NCBI GenBank assembly: GCA_032718475.1
Contig: JAUCBJ010006673.1
Coordinates: forward strand, 1-55,807
Length of the DNA: 55,807 nucleotides
Direction of reading: 5' to 3'
Origin: Nemertoderma westbladi
Lineage: Eukaryota > Animalia > Xenacoelomorpha
Below the pieces are notes generated by a model. The model was not told the origin of the DNA, made no database searches, and was given only the letters and a program-made list of their open reading frames with translations. Within the stretch, counting starts at the first letter, position 1, and each line of letters begins with the position of its first letter. A program made the translations under genes and the position numbers. This document shows, piece after piece, positions 14,301-29,300 of this stretch.

Positions 14301-17300
14301 GGAGCGGATACAGACCGTAAAGATATAGGTAAGTGAACGAGGGAGCGGATACAGACAGTAAAGTTATAGGTAAGTGAACGAGGGAGCTGATACAGACAGT
14401 AAAGATATAGGTAAGTGAACGAGGGAGCGGATATAGACAGTAAAGATGTAGGTAAGTGAACGAGGGAGCGGATATAGACCGTAAAGATATAGGTAAGTGA
14501 ACGAGGGAGCGGATATAGACAGAGTAAAGATATAGAGGTAAGTGAACGAGGGAGCGGATATAGACAGTAAAGATATAGGTAAGTGAACGAGGGAGCGGAT
14601 ATAGACAGTAAAGATATAGGTAAGTGAACGAGGGAGCGGATATAGACAGTAAAGATATAGGTAAGTGAACGAGGGAGCGGATATAGACAGTAGATATATA
14701 GGTAAGTGAACGAGGGAGCGGATACAGACCGTAAAGATATAGGTAAGTGAACGAGGGAGCGGATACAGACAGTAAAGATATAGGTAAGTGAACGAGGGAG
14801 CGGATATAGACAGTAAAGATGTAGGTAAGTGAACGAGGGAGCGGATATAGACCGTAAAGATATAGGTAAGTGAACGAGGGAGCGGATATAGACAGTAAAG
14901 ATATAGGTAAGTGAACGAGGGAGCGGATATAGACAGTAGATATATAGGTAAGTGAACGAGGGAGCGGATACAGACCGTAAAGATATAGGTAAGTGAACGA
15001 GGGAGCGGATACAGACAGTAAAGTTATAGGTAAGTGAACGAGGGAGCTGATACAGACAGTAAAGATATAGGTAAGTGAACGAGGGAGCGGATATAGACAG
15101 TAAAGATGTAGGTAAGTGAACGAGGGAGCGGATATAGACCGTAAAGATATAGGTAAGTGAACGAGGGAGCGGATATAGACCGTAAAGATATAGGTAAGTG
15201 AACGAGGGAGCGGATATAGACTGTAAAGATATAGGTAAGTGAACGAGGGAGCGGATATAGACCGTAAAGATATAGGTAAGTGAACGAGGGAGCGGATATA
15301 GACTGTAAAGATATAGGTAAGTGAACGAGGGAGCGGATATAGACCGTAAAGATATAGGTAAGTGAACGAGGGAGCGGATACAGACAGTAAAGTTATAGGT
15401 AAGTGAACGAGGGAGCTGATACAGACAGTAAAGTTATAGGTAAGTGAACGAGGGAGCTGATACAGACCGTAAAGATATAGGTAAGTGAACGAGGGAGCGG
15501 ATATAGACCATAAAGATATAGGTAAGTGAACGAGGGAGCGGATATAGACCGTAAAGATATAGGTAAGTGAACGAGGGAGCGGATACAGACCGTAAAGATA
15601 TAGGTAAGTGAACGAGGGAGCGGATACAGACCGTAAAGATATAGGTAAGTGAACGAGGGAGCTGATATAGACCGTAAAGATATAGGTAAGTGAACGAGGG
15701 AGCGGATATAGACCGTAAAGATATAGGTAAGTGAACGAGGGAGCGGATACAGACCGTAAAGATATAGGTAAGTGAACGAGGGAGCTGATATAGACCGTAA
15801 AGATATAGGTAAGTGAACGAGGGAGCGGATATAGACCGTAAAGATATAGGTAAGTGAACGAGGGAGCGGATACAGACCGTAAAGATATAGGTAAGTGAAC
15901 GAGGGAGCGGATATAGACCGTAAAGATATAGGTAAGTGAACGAGGGAGCGGATATAGACCGTAAAGATATAGGTAAGTGAACGAGGGAGCGGATACAGAC
16001 CGTAAAGATATAGGTAAGTGAACGAGGGAGCTGATACAGACAGTAAAGATATAGGTAAGTGAACGAGGGAGCGGATATAGACCGTAAAGATATAGGTAAG
16101 TGAACGAGGGAGCGGATATAGACCGTAAAGATATAGGTAAGTGAACGAGGGAGCGGATACAGACCGTAAAGATATAGGTAAGTGAACGAGGGAGCTGATA
16201 CAGACCGTAAAGATATAGGTAAGTGAACGAGGGAGCTGATACAGACAGTAAAGATATAGGTAAGTGAACGAGGGAGCGGATATAGACCGTAAAGATATAG
16301 GTAAGTGAACGAGGGAAGCGATATAGACCGTAAAGATATAGGTAAGTGAACGAGGGAGCGGATATAGACCGTAAAGATATAGGTAAGTGAACGAGGGAGC
16401 TGATATAGACAGTAAATATATATAGGTAAGTGAACGAGGGAGCGGATATAGACCGTAAAGATATAGGTAAGTGAACGAGGGAAGCGATATAGACCGTAAA
16501 GATATAGGTAAGTGAACGAGGGAGCGGATATAGACCGTAAAGATATAGGTAAGTGAACGAGGGAGCGGATACAGACCGTAAAGATATAGGTAAGTGAATG
16601 AGGGAGCGGATACAGACCGTAAAGATATAGGTAAGTGAACGAGGGAGCTGATACAGACCGTAAAGATATAGGTAAGTGATCGAGGGAGCTGATATAGACA
16701 GTAAATATATATAGGTAAGTGAACGAGGGAGCGGATATAGACCGTAAAGATATAGGTAAGTGAACGAGGGAAGCGATATAGACCGTAAAGATATAGGTAA
16801 GTGAACGAGGGAGCGGATATAGACCGTAAAGATATAGGTAAGTGAACGAGGGAGCTGATACAGACCGTAAAGATATAGGTAAGTGAACGAGGGAGCTGAT
16901 ATAGACAGTAAATATATATAGGTAAGTGAACGAGGGAGCGGATATAGACCGTAAAGATATAGGTAAGTGAACGAGGGAAGCGATATAGACAGTAAAGATA
17001 TAGGTAAGTGAACGAGGGAGCGGATATAGACAGTAAAGATATAGGTAAGTGAACGAGGGAGCGGATATAGACAGTAAAGATATAGGTAAGTGAACGAGGG
17101 AGCGGATATAGACAGTAAAGATATAGGTAAGTGAACGAGGGAGCGGATATAGACTGTAAAGATATAGGTAAGTGAACGAGGGAGCGGATATAGACCGTAA
17201 AGATATAGGTAAGTGAACGAGGGAGCGGATATAGACTGTAAAGATATAGGTAAGTGAACGAGGGAGCGGATATAGACCGTAAAGATATAGGTAAGTGAAC

Positions 17301-20300
17301 GAGGGAGCGGATACAGACAGTAAAGTTATAGGTAAGTGAACGAGGGAGCTGATACAGACAGTAAAGTTATAGGTAAGTGAACGAGGGAGCTGATACAGAC
17401 CGTAAAGATATAGTATAGGTAAGTGAACGAGGGAGCGGATATAGACCGTAAAGATATAGGTAAGTGAACGAGGGAGCGGATATAGACCGTAAAGATATAG
17501 GTAATTGAACGAGGGAGCGGATACAGACCGTAAAGATATAGGTAAGTGAACGAGGGAGCTGATATAGACCGTAAAGATATAGGTAAGTGAACGAGGGAGC
17601 GGATATAGACCGTAAAGATATAGGTAAGTGAACGAGGGAGCGGATACAGACCGTAAAGATATAGGTAAGTGAACGAGGGAGCGGATATAGACCGTAAAGA
17701 TATAGGTAAGTGAACGAGGGAGCGGATATAGACCGTAAAGATATAGGTAAGTGAACGAGGGAGCGGATACAGACCGTAAAGATATAGGTAAGTGAACGAG
17801 GGAGCTGATACAGACCGTAAAGATATAGGTAAGTGAACGAGGGAGCTGATATAGACAGTAAATATATATAGGTAAGTGAACGAGGGAGCGGATATAGACC
17901 GTAAAGATATAGGTAAGTGAACGAGGGAAGCGATATAGACCGTAAAGATATAGGTAAGTGAACGAGGGAAGCGATATAGACCGTAAAGATATAGGTAAGT
18001 GAACGAGGGAGCGGATATAGACCGTAAAGATATAGGTAAGTGAACGAGGGAGCTGATACAGACCGTAAAGATATAGGTAAGTGAACGAGGGAGCTGATAT
18101 AGACAGTAAATATATATAGGTAAGTGAACGAGGGAGCGGATATAGACCGTAAAGATATAGGTAAGTGAACGAGGGAAGCGATATAGACCGTAAAGATATA
18201 GGTAAGTGAACGAGGGAGCGGATATAGACAGTAAATATATATAGGTAAGTGAACGAGGGAGCGGATATAGACCGTAAAATATAGGTAAGTGAACAAGGGA
18301 GCGGATATAGACAGTAAAGATATAGGTAAGTGAACGAGGGAGCTGATACAGACCGTAAAGATATAGGTAAGTGAACAAGGGAGCTGATACAGACCGTAAA
18401 GATATAGGTAAGTGAACGAGGGAGCGGATATAGACAGTAAATATATAGGTAAGTGAACGAGGGAGCGGATATAGACAGTAAATATATATAGGTAAGTGAA
18501 CGAGGGAGCGGATATAGACAGTAAATATATAGGTAAGTGAACGAGGGAGCTGATACAGACAGTAAAGATATAGGTAAGTGAACGAGGGAGCTGATACAGA
18601 CCGTAAAGATATAGGTAAGTGAACAAGGGAGCTGATACAGATCGTAAAGATATAGGTAAGTGAACAAGGGAGCTGATACAGACCGTAAAGATATAGGTAA
18701 GTGAACGAGGGAGCGGATATAGACACAGACAGTAAATATATAGGTAAGTGAACGAGGGAGCGGATATAGACAGTAGAGATATAGGTAAGTGAACGAGGGA
18801 GCTGATATAGACCGTAAAGATATAGGTAAGTGAACAAGGGAGCTGATACAGACCGTAAAGATATAGGTAAGTGAACGAGGGAGCGGATATAGACAGTAAA
18901 TATATATAGGTAAGTGAACGAGGGAGCGGATATAGACCGTAAAGATATAGGTAAGTGAACGAGGGAGCTGATACAGACCGTAAAGATATAGGTAAGTGAA
19001 CAAGGGAGCTGATACAGACCGTAAAGATATAGGTAAGTGAACGAGGGAGCGGATATAGACAGTAAATATATAGGTAAGTGAACGAGGGAGCGGATATAGA
19101 CAGTAGAGATATAGGTAAGTGAACGAGGGAGCGGATATAGACAGTAAATATATAGGTAAGTGAACGAGGGAGCTGATATAGACAGTAAATATATATAGGT
19201 AAGTGAACGAGGGAGCGGATATAGACAGTAAATATATATAGGTAAGTGAACGAGGGAGCGGATATAGACTGTAAAGATATAGGTAAGTGAACGAGGGAGC
19301 TGATATAGACAGTAAATATATATAGGTAAGTGAACGAGGGAGCGGATATAGACCGTAAAGATATAGGTAAGTGAACGAGGGAGCTGATACAGACCGTAAA
19401 GATATAGGTAAGTGAACGAGGGAGCTGATATAGACAGTAAATATATATAGGTAAGTGAACGAGGGAGCGGATATAGACCGTAAAGATATAGGTAAGTGAA
19501 CGAGGGAAGCGATATAGACCGTAAAGATATAGGTAAGTGAACGAGGGAGCGGATATAGACAGTAAATATATATAGGTAAGTGAACGAGGGAGCGGATATA
19601 GACCGTAAAGATATAGGTAAGTGAACGAGGGAGCGGATATAGACAGTAAATATATATAGGTAAGTGAACGAGGGAGCTGATATAGACCGTAAAGATATAG
19701 GTAAGTGAACGAGGGAGCTTATATAGACAGTAAAGATATAGGTAAGTGAACGAGGGAGCGGATATAGACAGTAGAGATATAGGTAAGTGAACGAGGGAGC
19801 GGATATAGACAGTAGAGATATAGGTAAGTGAACGAGGGAGCGGATACAGACAGTAAAGTTATAGGTAAGTGAACGAGGGAGCTTATATAGACAGTAAAGA
19901 TATAGGTAAGTGAACGAGGGAGCGGATATAGACAGTAGAGATATAGGTAAGTGAACGAGGGAGCGGATATAGACAGTAGAGATATAGGTAAGTGAACGAG
20001 GGAGCGGATACAGACAGTAAAGTTATAGGTAAGTGAACGAGGGAGCTGATATAGACAGTAAATATATATAGGTAAGTGAACGAGGGAGCGGATACAGACC
20101 GTAAAGATATAGGTAAGTGAACGAGGGAGCGGATATAGACTGTAAAGATATAGGTAAGTGAACGAGGGAGCGGATATAGACAGTAAATATATATAGGTAA
20201 GTGAACGAGGGAGCGGATATAGACCGTAAAGATATAGGTAAGTGAACGAGGGAGCTGATACAGACCGTAAAGATATAGGTAAGTGAACGAGGGAGCTGAT

Positions 20301-23300
20301 ATAGACAGTAAATATATATAGGTAAGTGAACGAGGGAGCGGATATAGACCGTAAAGATATAGGTAAGTGAACGAGGGAAGCGATATAGACAGTAAAGATA
20401 TAGGTAAGTGAACGAGGGAGCGGATATAGACTGTAAAGATATAGGTAAGTGAACGAGGGAGCGGATATAGACAGTAAAGATATAGGTAAGTGAACGAGGG
20501 AGCGGATATAGACCGTAAAGATATAGGTAAGTGAACAAGGGAGCGGATATAGACAGTAAAGATATAGGTAAGTGAACGAGGGAGCGGATATAGACCGTAA
20601 AGATATAGGTAAGTGAACGAGGGAGCTGATACAGACCGTAAAGATATAGGTAAGTGAACGAGGGAGCGGATATAGACAGTAAATATATATAGGTAAGTGA
20701 ACGAGGGAGCGGATATAGACCGTAAAGATATAGGTAAGTGAACAAGGGAGCTGATACAGACCGTAAAGATATAGGTAAGTGAACAAGGGAGCTGATATAG
20801 ACCGTAAAGATATTGGTAAGTGAACGAGGGAGCGGATATAGACAGTAGAGATATAGGTAAGTGAACGAGGGAGCGGATATAGACAGTAGAGATATAGGTA
20901 AGTGAACGAGGGAGCGGATATAGACAGTAGAGATATAGGTAAGTGAACGAGGGAGCGGATATAGACAGTAAAGATATAGGTAAGTGAACGAGGGAGCGGA
21001 TACAGATCGTAAAGATATAGGTAAGTGAACGAGGGAGCTGATATAGACAGTAAAGATATAGGTAAGTGAACGAGGGAAGCGATATAGACCGTAAAGATAT
21101 AGGTAAGTGAACGAGGGAAGCGATATAGACCGTAAAGATATAGGTAAGTGAACGAGGGAGCTGATATAGACCGTAAAGATATAGGTAAGTGAACGAGGGA
21201 AGCGATATAGACCGTAAAGATATAGGTAAGTGAACGAGGGAGCGGATACAGATCGTAAAGATATAGGTAAGTGAACGAGGGAGCTGATATAGACAGTAGA
21301 TACAGGTAAGTGAACGAGGGAGCGGATATAGACAGTAGAGATATAGGTAAGTGAACGAGGGAGCTGATATAGACCGTAAAGATATAGGTAAGTGAACGAG
21401 GGAGCGGATATAGACAGTAGAGATATAGGTAAGTGAACGAGGGAGCGGATATAGACCGTAAAGATATAGGTAAGTGAACGAGGGAGCTGATATAGACCGT
21501 AAAGATATAGGTAAGTGAACGAGGGAGCGGATATAGACAGTAAATATATATAGGTAAGTGAACGAGGGAGCTGATATAGACCGTAAAGATATTGGTAAGT
21601 GAACGAGGGAGCTGATATAGACAGTAAATATATATAGGTAAGTGAACGAGGGAGCTGATATAGACCGTAAAGATATTGGTAAGTGAACGAGGGAGCTGAT
21701 ATAGACCGTAAAGATATAGGTAAGTGAACGAGGGAGCGGATATAGACAGTAAATATATATAGGTAAGTGAACGAGGGAGCTGATATAGACCGTAAAGATA
21801 TTGGTAAGTGAACGAGGGAGCTGATATAGACCGTAAAGATATTGGTAAGTGAACGAGGGAGCTGATATAGACCGTAAAGATATAGGTAAGTGAACGAGGG
21901 AGCGGATATAGACAGTAAATATATATAGGTAAGTGAACGAGGGAGCTGATATAGACCGTAAAGATATAGGTAAGTGAACGAGGGAGCTGATACAGACCGT
22001 AAAGATATAGGTAAGTGAACGAGGGAGCGGATATAGACCGTAAAGATATAGGTAAATGAACGAGGGAAGCGATATAGACCGTAAAGATATAGGTAAGTGA
22101 ACGAGGGAGCGGATACAGACCGTAAAGATATAGGTAAGTGAACGAGGGAGCGGATATAGACAGTAAAGATATAGGTAAGTGAACGAGGGAGCGGATATAG
22201 ACAGTAAATATATATAGGTAAGTGAACGAGGGAGCTGATATAGACCGTAAAGATATAGGTAAGTGAACGAGGGAGCTGATACAGACCGTAAAGATATAGG
22301 TAAGTGAACGAGGGAGCGGATACAGACCGTAAAGATATAGGTAAGTGAACGAGGGAGCGGATACAGACCGTAAAGATATAGGTAAGTGAACGAGGGAGCG
22401 GATACAGACCGTAAAGATATAGGTAAGTGAACGAGGGAGCGGATACAGACAGTAGAGATATAGGTAAGTGAACGAGGGAGCGGATACAGACCGTAAAGAT
22501 ATAGGTAAGTGAACGAGGGAGCGGATACAGACCGTAAAGATATAGGTAAGTGAACGAGGGAGCGGATATAGACAGTAAAGATATAGGTAAGTGAACGAGG
22601 GAGCGGATATAGACAGTAAAGATATAGGTAAGTGAACGAGGGAGCGGATATAGACAGTAAAGATATAGGTAAGTGAACGAGGGAGCGGATATAGACTGTA
22701 AAGATATAGGTAAGTGAACGAGGGAGCGGATATAGACAGTAAAGATATAGGTAAGTGAACGAGGGAGCTGATATAGACCGTAAAGATATAGGTAAGTGAA
22801 CGAGGGAGCGGATATAGACCGTAAAGATATAGGTTAGTGAACGATAGAGCTGATATAGACAGTAGAGATATAGGTAAGTGAACGAGGGAGCGGATATAGA
22901 CTGTAAAGATATAGGTAAGTGAACGAGGGAGCGGATACAGACTGTAAAGATATAGGTAAGTGAATGAGGGAGCGGATATAGACAGTAGAGATATAGGTAA
23001 GTGAACGAGGGAGCGGATATAGACAGTAAAGATATAGGTAAGTGAACGAGGGAGCGGATATAGACAGTAAATATATATAGGTAAGTGAACGAGGGAGCGG
23101 ATATAGACAGTAAATATATATAGGTAAGTGAACGAGGGAGCTGATATAGACCGTAAAGATATAGGTAAGTGAACGAGGGAGCGGATATAGACAGTAAATA
23201 TATAGGTAAGTGAACGAGGGAGCGGATATAGACAGTAAATATATAGGTAAGTGAACGAGGGAGCGGATACAGACTGTAAAGATATAGGTAAGTGAACGAC

Positions 23301-26300
23301 GGAGCGGATATAGACAGTAAAGATATAGGTAAGTGAACGAGGGAGCGGATATAGACCGTAAAGATATAGGTAAGTGAACGAGGGAGCTGATACAGACAGT
23401 AAAGATATAGGTAAGTGAACGAGGGAGCTGATATAGACAGTAAAGATATAGGTAAGTGAACGAGGGAGCGGATATAGACAGTAAATATATAGGTAAGTGA
23501 ACGAGGGAGCGGATATAGACAGTAAATATATAGGTAAGTGAACGAGGGAGCGGATACAGACCGTAAAGATATAGGTAAGTGAACGAGGGAGCTGATATAG
23601 ACCGTAAAGATATAGGTAAGTGAACGAGGGAGCGGATATAGACAGTAAAGATATAGGTAAGTGAACGAGGGAGCTGATACAGACCGTAAAGATATAGGTA
23701 AGTGAACGAGGGAGCTGATATAGACCGTAAAGATATAGGTAAGTGAACGAGGGAGCGGATATAGACAGTAAATATATAGGTAAGTGAACGAGGGAGCGGA
23801 TATAGACTGTAAAGATATAGGTAAGTGAACGAGGGAGCGGATACAGACCGTAAAGATATAGGTAAGTGAACGAGGGAGCTGATATAGACCGTAAAGATAT
23901 AGGTAAGTGAACGAGGGAGCGGATACAGACCGTAAAGTTATAGGTAAGTGAACGAGGGAGCGGATACAGACCGTAAAGTTATAGGTAAGTGAACGAGGGA
24001 GCGGATATAGACAGTAAAGATATAGGTAAGTGAACGAGGGAGCTGATACAGACCGTAAAGATATAGGTAAGTGAACGAGGGAGCTGATACAGACCGTAAA
24101 GATATAGGTAAGTGAACGAGGGAGCTGATATAGACAGTAAATATATAGGTAAGTGAACGAGGGAGCTGATACAGACCGTAAAGTTATAGGTAAGTGAACG
24201 AGGGAGCTGATACCGTAAAGATATAGGTAAGTGAACGAGGGAGCGGATATAGACCGTAAAGATATAGGTAAGTGAACGAGGGAGCTGATATAGACCGTAA
24301 AGATATAGGTAAGTGAACGAGGGAGCGGATATAGACAGTAAATATATATAGGTAAGTGAACGAGGGAGCTGATATAGACCGTAAAGATATAGGTAAGTGA
24401 ACGAGGGAGCGGATACAGACCGTAAAGTTATAGGTAAGTGAACGAGGGAGCTGATATAGACCGTAAAGATATAGGTAAGTGAACGAGGGAGCGGATATAG
24501 ACAGTAAAGATATAGGTAAGTGAACGACGGAGCGGATATAGACAGTAAAGATATAGGTAAGTGAACGAGGGAGCGGATATAGACCGTAAAGATATAGGTA
24601 AGTGAACGAGGGAGCTGATACAGACAGTAAAGATATAGGTAAGTGAACGAGGGAGCTGATATAGACAGTAAAGATATAGGTAAGTGAACGAGGGAGCGGA
24701 TATAGACAGTAAATATATAGGTAAGTGAACGAGGGAGCGGATATAGACAGTAAATATATAGGTAAGTGAACGAGGGAGCGGATACAGACCGTAAAGATAT
24801 AGGTAAGTGAACGAGGGAGCGGATATAGACCGTAAAGATATAGGTAAGTGAACGAGGGAGCGGATACAGATCGTAAAGATATAGGTAAGTGAACGAGGGA
24901 GCGGATACAGACCGTAAAGTTATAGGTAAGTGAACGATGGAGCTGATACAGACCGTAAAGATATAGGTAAGTGAACGAGGGAGCTGATACAGACCGTAAA
25001 GATATAGGTAAGTGAACGAGGGAGCTGATATAGACAGTAAATATATAGGTAAGTGAACGAGGGAGCTGATACAGACCGTAAAGTTATAGGTAAGTGAACG
25101 AGGGAGCTGATACCGTAAAGATATAGGTAAGTGAACGAGGGAGCGGATATAGACCGTAAAGATATAGGTAAGTGAACGAGGGAGCTGATATAGACCGTAA
25201 AGATATAGGTAAGTGAACGAGGGAGCGGATATAGACCGTAAAGATATAGGTAAGTGAACGAGGGAGCTGATATAGACCGTAAAGATATAGGTAAGTGAAC
25301 GAGGGAGCTGATATAGACCGTAAAGATATAGGTAAGTGAACGAGGGAGCTGATATAGACCGTAAAGATATAGGTAAGTGAACGAGGGAGCGGATATAGAC
25401 CGTAAAGATATAGGTAAGTGAACGAGGGAGCTGATATAGACCGTAAAGATATAGGTAAGTGAACGAGGGAGCGGATATAGACAGTAGAGATATAGGTAAG
25501 TGAACGAGGGAGCGGATATAGACAGTAAATATATATAGGTAAGTGAACGAGGGAGCTGATATAGACCGTAAAGATATAGGTAAGTGAACGAGGGAGCGGA
25601 TACAGACCGTAAAGTTATAGGTAAGTGAACGAGGGAGCTGATATAGACCGTAAATATATAGGTAAGTGAACGAGGGAGCTGATATAGACAGTAAACATAT
25701 ATAGGTAAGTGAACGAGGGAGCGGATATAGACCGTAAAGATATAGGTAAGTGAACGAGGGAGCTTATATAGACCGTAAAGATATAGGTAAGTGAACGAGG
25801 GAGCGGATACAGACCGTAAAGTTATAGGTAAGTGAACGAGGGAGCTAATATAGACAGTAAATATATATAGGTAAGTGAACGAGGGAGCGGATATAGACAG
25901 TAAATATATAGGTAAGTGAACGAGGGAGCTGATATAGACAGTAAATATATATAGGTAAGTGAACGAGGGAGCGGATATAGACCGTAAAGATATAGGTATG
26001 TGAACGAGGGAGCTGATATAGACAGTAAATATATATAGGTAAGTGAACGAGGGAGCGGATATAGACAGTAAATATATAGGTAAGTGAACGAGGGAGCTAA
26101 TATAGACAGTAAATATATATAGGTAAGTGAACGAGGGAGCGGATATAGACAGTAAATATATAGGTAAGTGAACGAGGGAGCTGATATAGACAGTAAATAT
26201 ATATAGGTAAGTGAACGAGGGAGCGGATATAGACCGTAAAGATATTGGTAAGTGAACGAGGGAGCTGATATAGACCGTAAAGATATAGGTAAGTGAACGA

Positions 26301-29300
26301 GGGAGCGGATACAGACCGTAAAGTTATAGGTAAGTGAACGAGGGAGCTAATATAGACAGTAAAGATATAGGTAAGTGAACGAGGGAGCTGATACAGACCG
26401 TAAAGTTATAGGTAAGTGAACGAGGGAGCTAATATAGACAGTAAAGATATAGGTAAGTGAACGAGGGAGCTGATACAGACCGTAAAGATATAGGTAAGTG
26501 AACGAGGGAGCTGATATAGACCGTAAAGATATAGGTAAGTGAACGAGGGAGCGGATATAGACAGTAAATATATATAGGTAAGTGAACGAGGGAGCAGATA
26601 TAGACCGTAAAATATAGGTAAGTGAACGAGGGAGCGGATATAGACCGTAAAGATATAGGTAAGTGAACGAGGGAGCGGATACAGACCGTAAAGTTATAGG
26701 TAAGTGAACGAGGGAGCGGATATAGACAGTAAAGATATAGGTAAGTGAACGAGGGAGCGGATATAGACAGTAGATATATAGGTAAGTGAACGAGGGAGCT
26801 GATATAGACCGGAAAGATATAGGTAAGTGAACGAGGGAGCGGATATAGACAGTAAATATATAGGTAAGTGAACGAGGGAGCTGATATAGACAGTAAATAT
26901 ATATAGGTAAGTGAACGAGGGAGCGGATATAGACCGTAAAGATATAGGTAAGTGAACGAGGGAGCTGATATAGACCGTAAAGATATAGGTAAGTGAACGA
27001 GGGAGCGGATACAGACCGTAAAGTTATAGGTAAGTGAACGAGGGAGCTAATATAGACAGTAAAGATATAGGTAAGTGAACGAGGGAGCTGATACAGACCG
27101 TAAAGTTATAGGTAAGTGAACGAGGGAGCTAATATAGACAGTAAAGATATAGGTAAGTGAACGAGGGAGCTGATACAGACCGTAAAGATATAGGTAAGTG
27201 AACGAGGGAGCTGATATAGACAGTAAATATATATAGGTAAGTGAACGAGGGAGCGGATATAGACAGTAAATATATATAGGTAAGTGAACGAGGGAGCGGA
27301 TATAGACAGTAAATATATATAGGTAAGTGAACGAGGGAGCGGATATAGACAGTAAAGATATAGGTAAGTGAACGAGGGAGCGGATATAGACAGTAAATAT
27401 ATATAGGTAAGTGAACGAGGGAGCGGATATAGACAGTAAAGATATAGGTAAGTGAACGAGGGAGCGGATATAGACAGTAAATACATAGGTAAGTGAACGA
27501 GGGAGCTGATATAGACAGTAAATATATATAGGTAAGTGAACGAGGGAGCGGATATAGACCGTAAAGATATAGGTAAGTGAACGAGGGAGCTGATATAGAC
27601 CGTAAAGATATAGGTAAGTGAACGAGGGAGCGGATACAGACCGTAAAGTTATAGGTAAGTGAACGAGGGAGCTAATATAGACAGTAAAGATATAGGTAAG
27701 TGAACGAGGGAGCTGATACAGACCGTAAAGTTATAGGTAAGTGAACGAGGGAGCTGATATAGACAGTAAAGATATAGGTAAGTGAACGAGGGAGCTGATA
27801 CAGACCGTAAAGATATAGGTAAGTGAACGAGGGAGCTGATATAGACAGTTAATATATATAGGTAAGTGAACGAGGGAGCGGATATAGACAGTAAATATAT
27901 ATAGGTAAGTGAACGAGGGAGCGGATATAGACAGTAAATATATATAGGTAAGTGAACGAGGGAGCGGATATAGACAGTAAAGATATAGGTAAGTGAACGA
28001 GGGAGCGGATATAGACAGTAAATATATATAGGTAAGTGAACGAGGGAGCGGATATAGACAGTAAAGATATAGGTAAGTGAACGAGGGAGCGGATATAGAC
28101 AGTAAATATATATAGGTAAGTGAACGAGGGAGCGGATATAGACAGTAAATATATATAGGTAAGTGAACGAGGGAGCGGATATAGACAGTAAAGATATAGG
28201 TAAGTGAACGAGGGAGCGGATATAGACAGTAAAGATATAGGTAAGTGAACGAGGGAGCGGATATAGACCGTAAAGATATAGGTAAGTGAACGAGGGAGCG
28301 GATATAGACCGTAAAGATATAGGTAAGTGAACGAGGGAGCGGATATAGACCGTAAAGATATAGGTAAGTGAACGAGGGAGCTGATATAGACCGTAAAGAT
28401 ATAGGTAAGTGAACGAGGGAGCGGATACAGACCGTAAAGTTATAGGTAAGTGAACGAGGGAGCTGATACAGACCGTAAAGATATAGGTAAGTGAACGAGG
28501 GAGCTGATACAGACCGTAAAGATATAGGTAAGTGAACGAGGGAGCTGATACAGACAGTAGAGATATAGGTAAGTGAACGAGGGAGCGGATATAGACCGTA
28601 AAGATATAGGTAAGTGAACGAGGGAGCGGATATAGACAGTAGAGATATAGGTAAGTGAATGAGGGAGCGGATATAGACCGTAAAGATATAGGTAAGTGAA
28701 CGAGGGAGCGGATATAGACAGTAGAGATATAGGTAAGTGAATGAGGGAGCGGATATAGACCGTAAAGATATAGGTAAGTGAACGAGGGAGCGGATACAGA
28801 CCGTAAAGTTATAGGTAAGTGAACGAGGGAGCTGATATAGACAGTAGAGATATAGGTAAGTGAATGAGGGAGCGGATATAGACAGTAGAGATATAGGTAA
28901 GTGAATGAGGGAGCGGATATAGACCGTAAAGATATAGGTAAGTGAACGAGGGAGCGGATATAGACCGTAAAGATATAGGTAAGTGAACGAGGGAGCGGAT
29001 ATAGACAGTAAATATATAGGCAAGTGAACGAGGGAGCTGATACAGACCGTAAAGATATAGGTAAGTGAACGAGGGAGCGGATATAGACAGTAAATATATA
29101 TAGGTAAGTGAACGAGGGAGCTGATATAGACCGTAAAGATATAGGTAAGTGAACGAGGGAGCGGATACAGACCGTAAAGATATAGGTAAGTGAACGAGGG
29201 AGCTGATACAGACCGTAAAGATATAGGTAAGTGAACGAGGGAGCTGATATAGACCGTAAAGATATAGGTAAGTGAACGAGGGAGCTGATATAGACCGTAA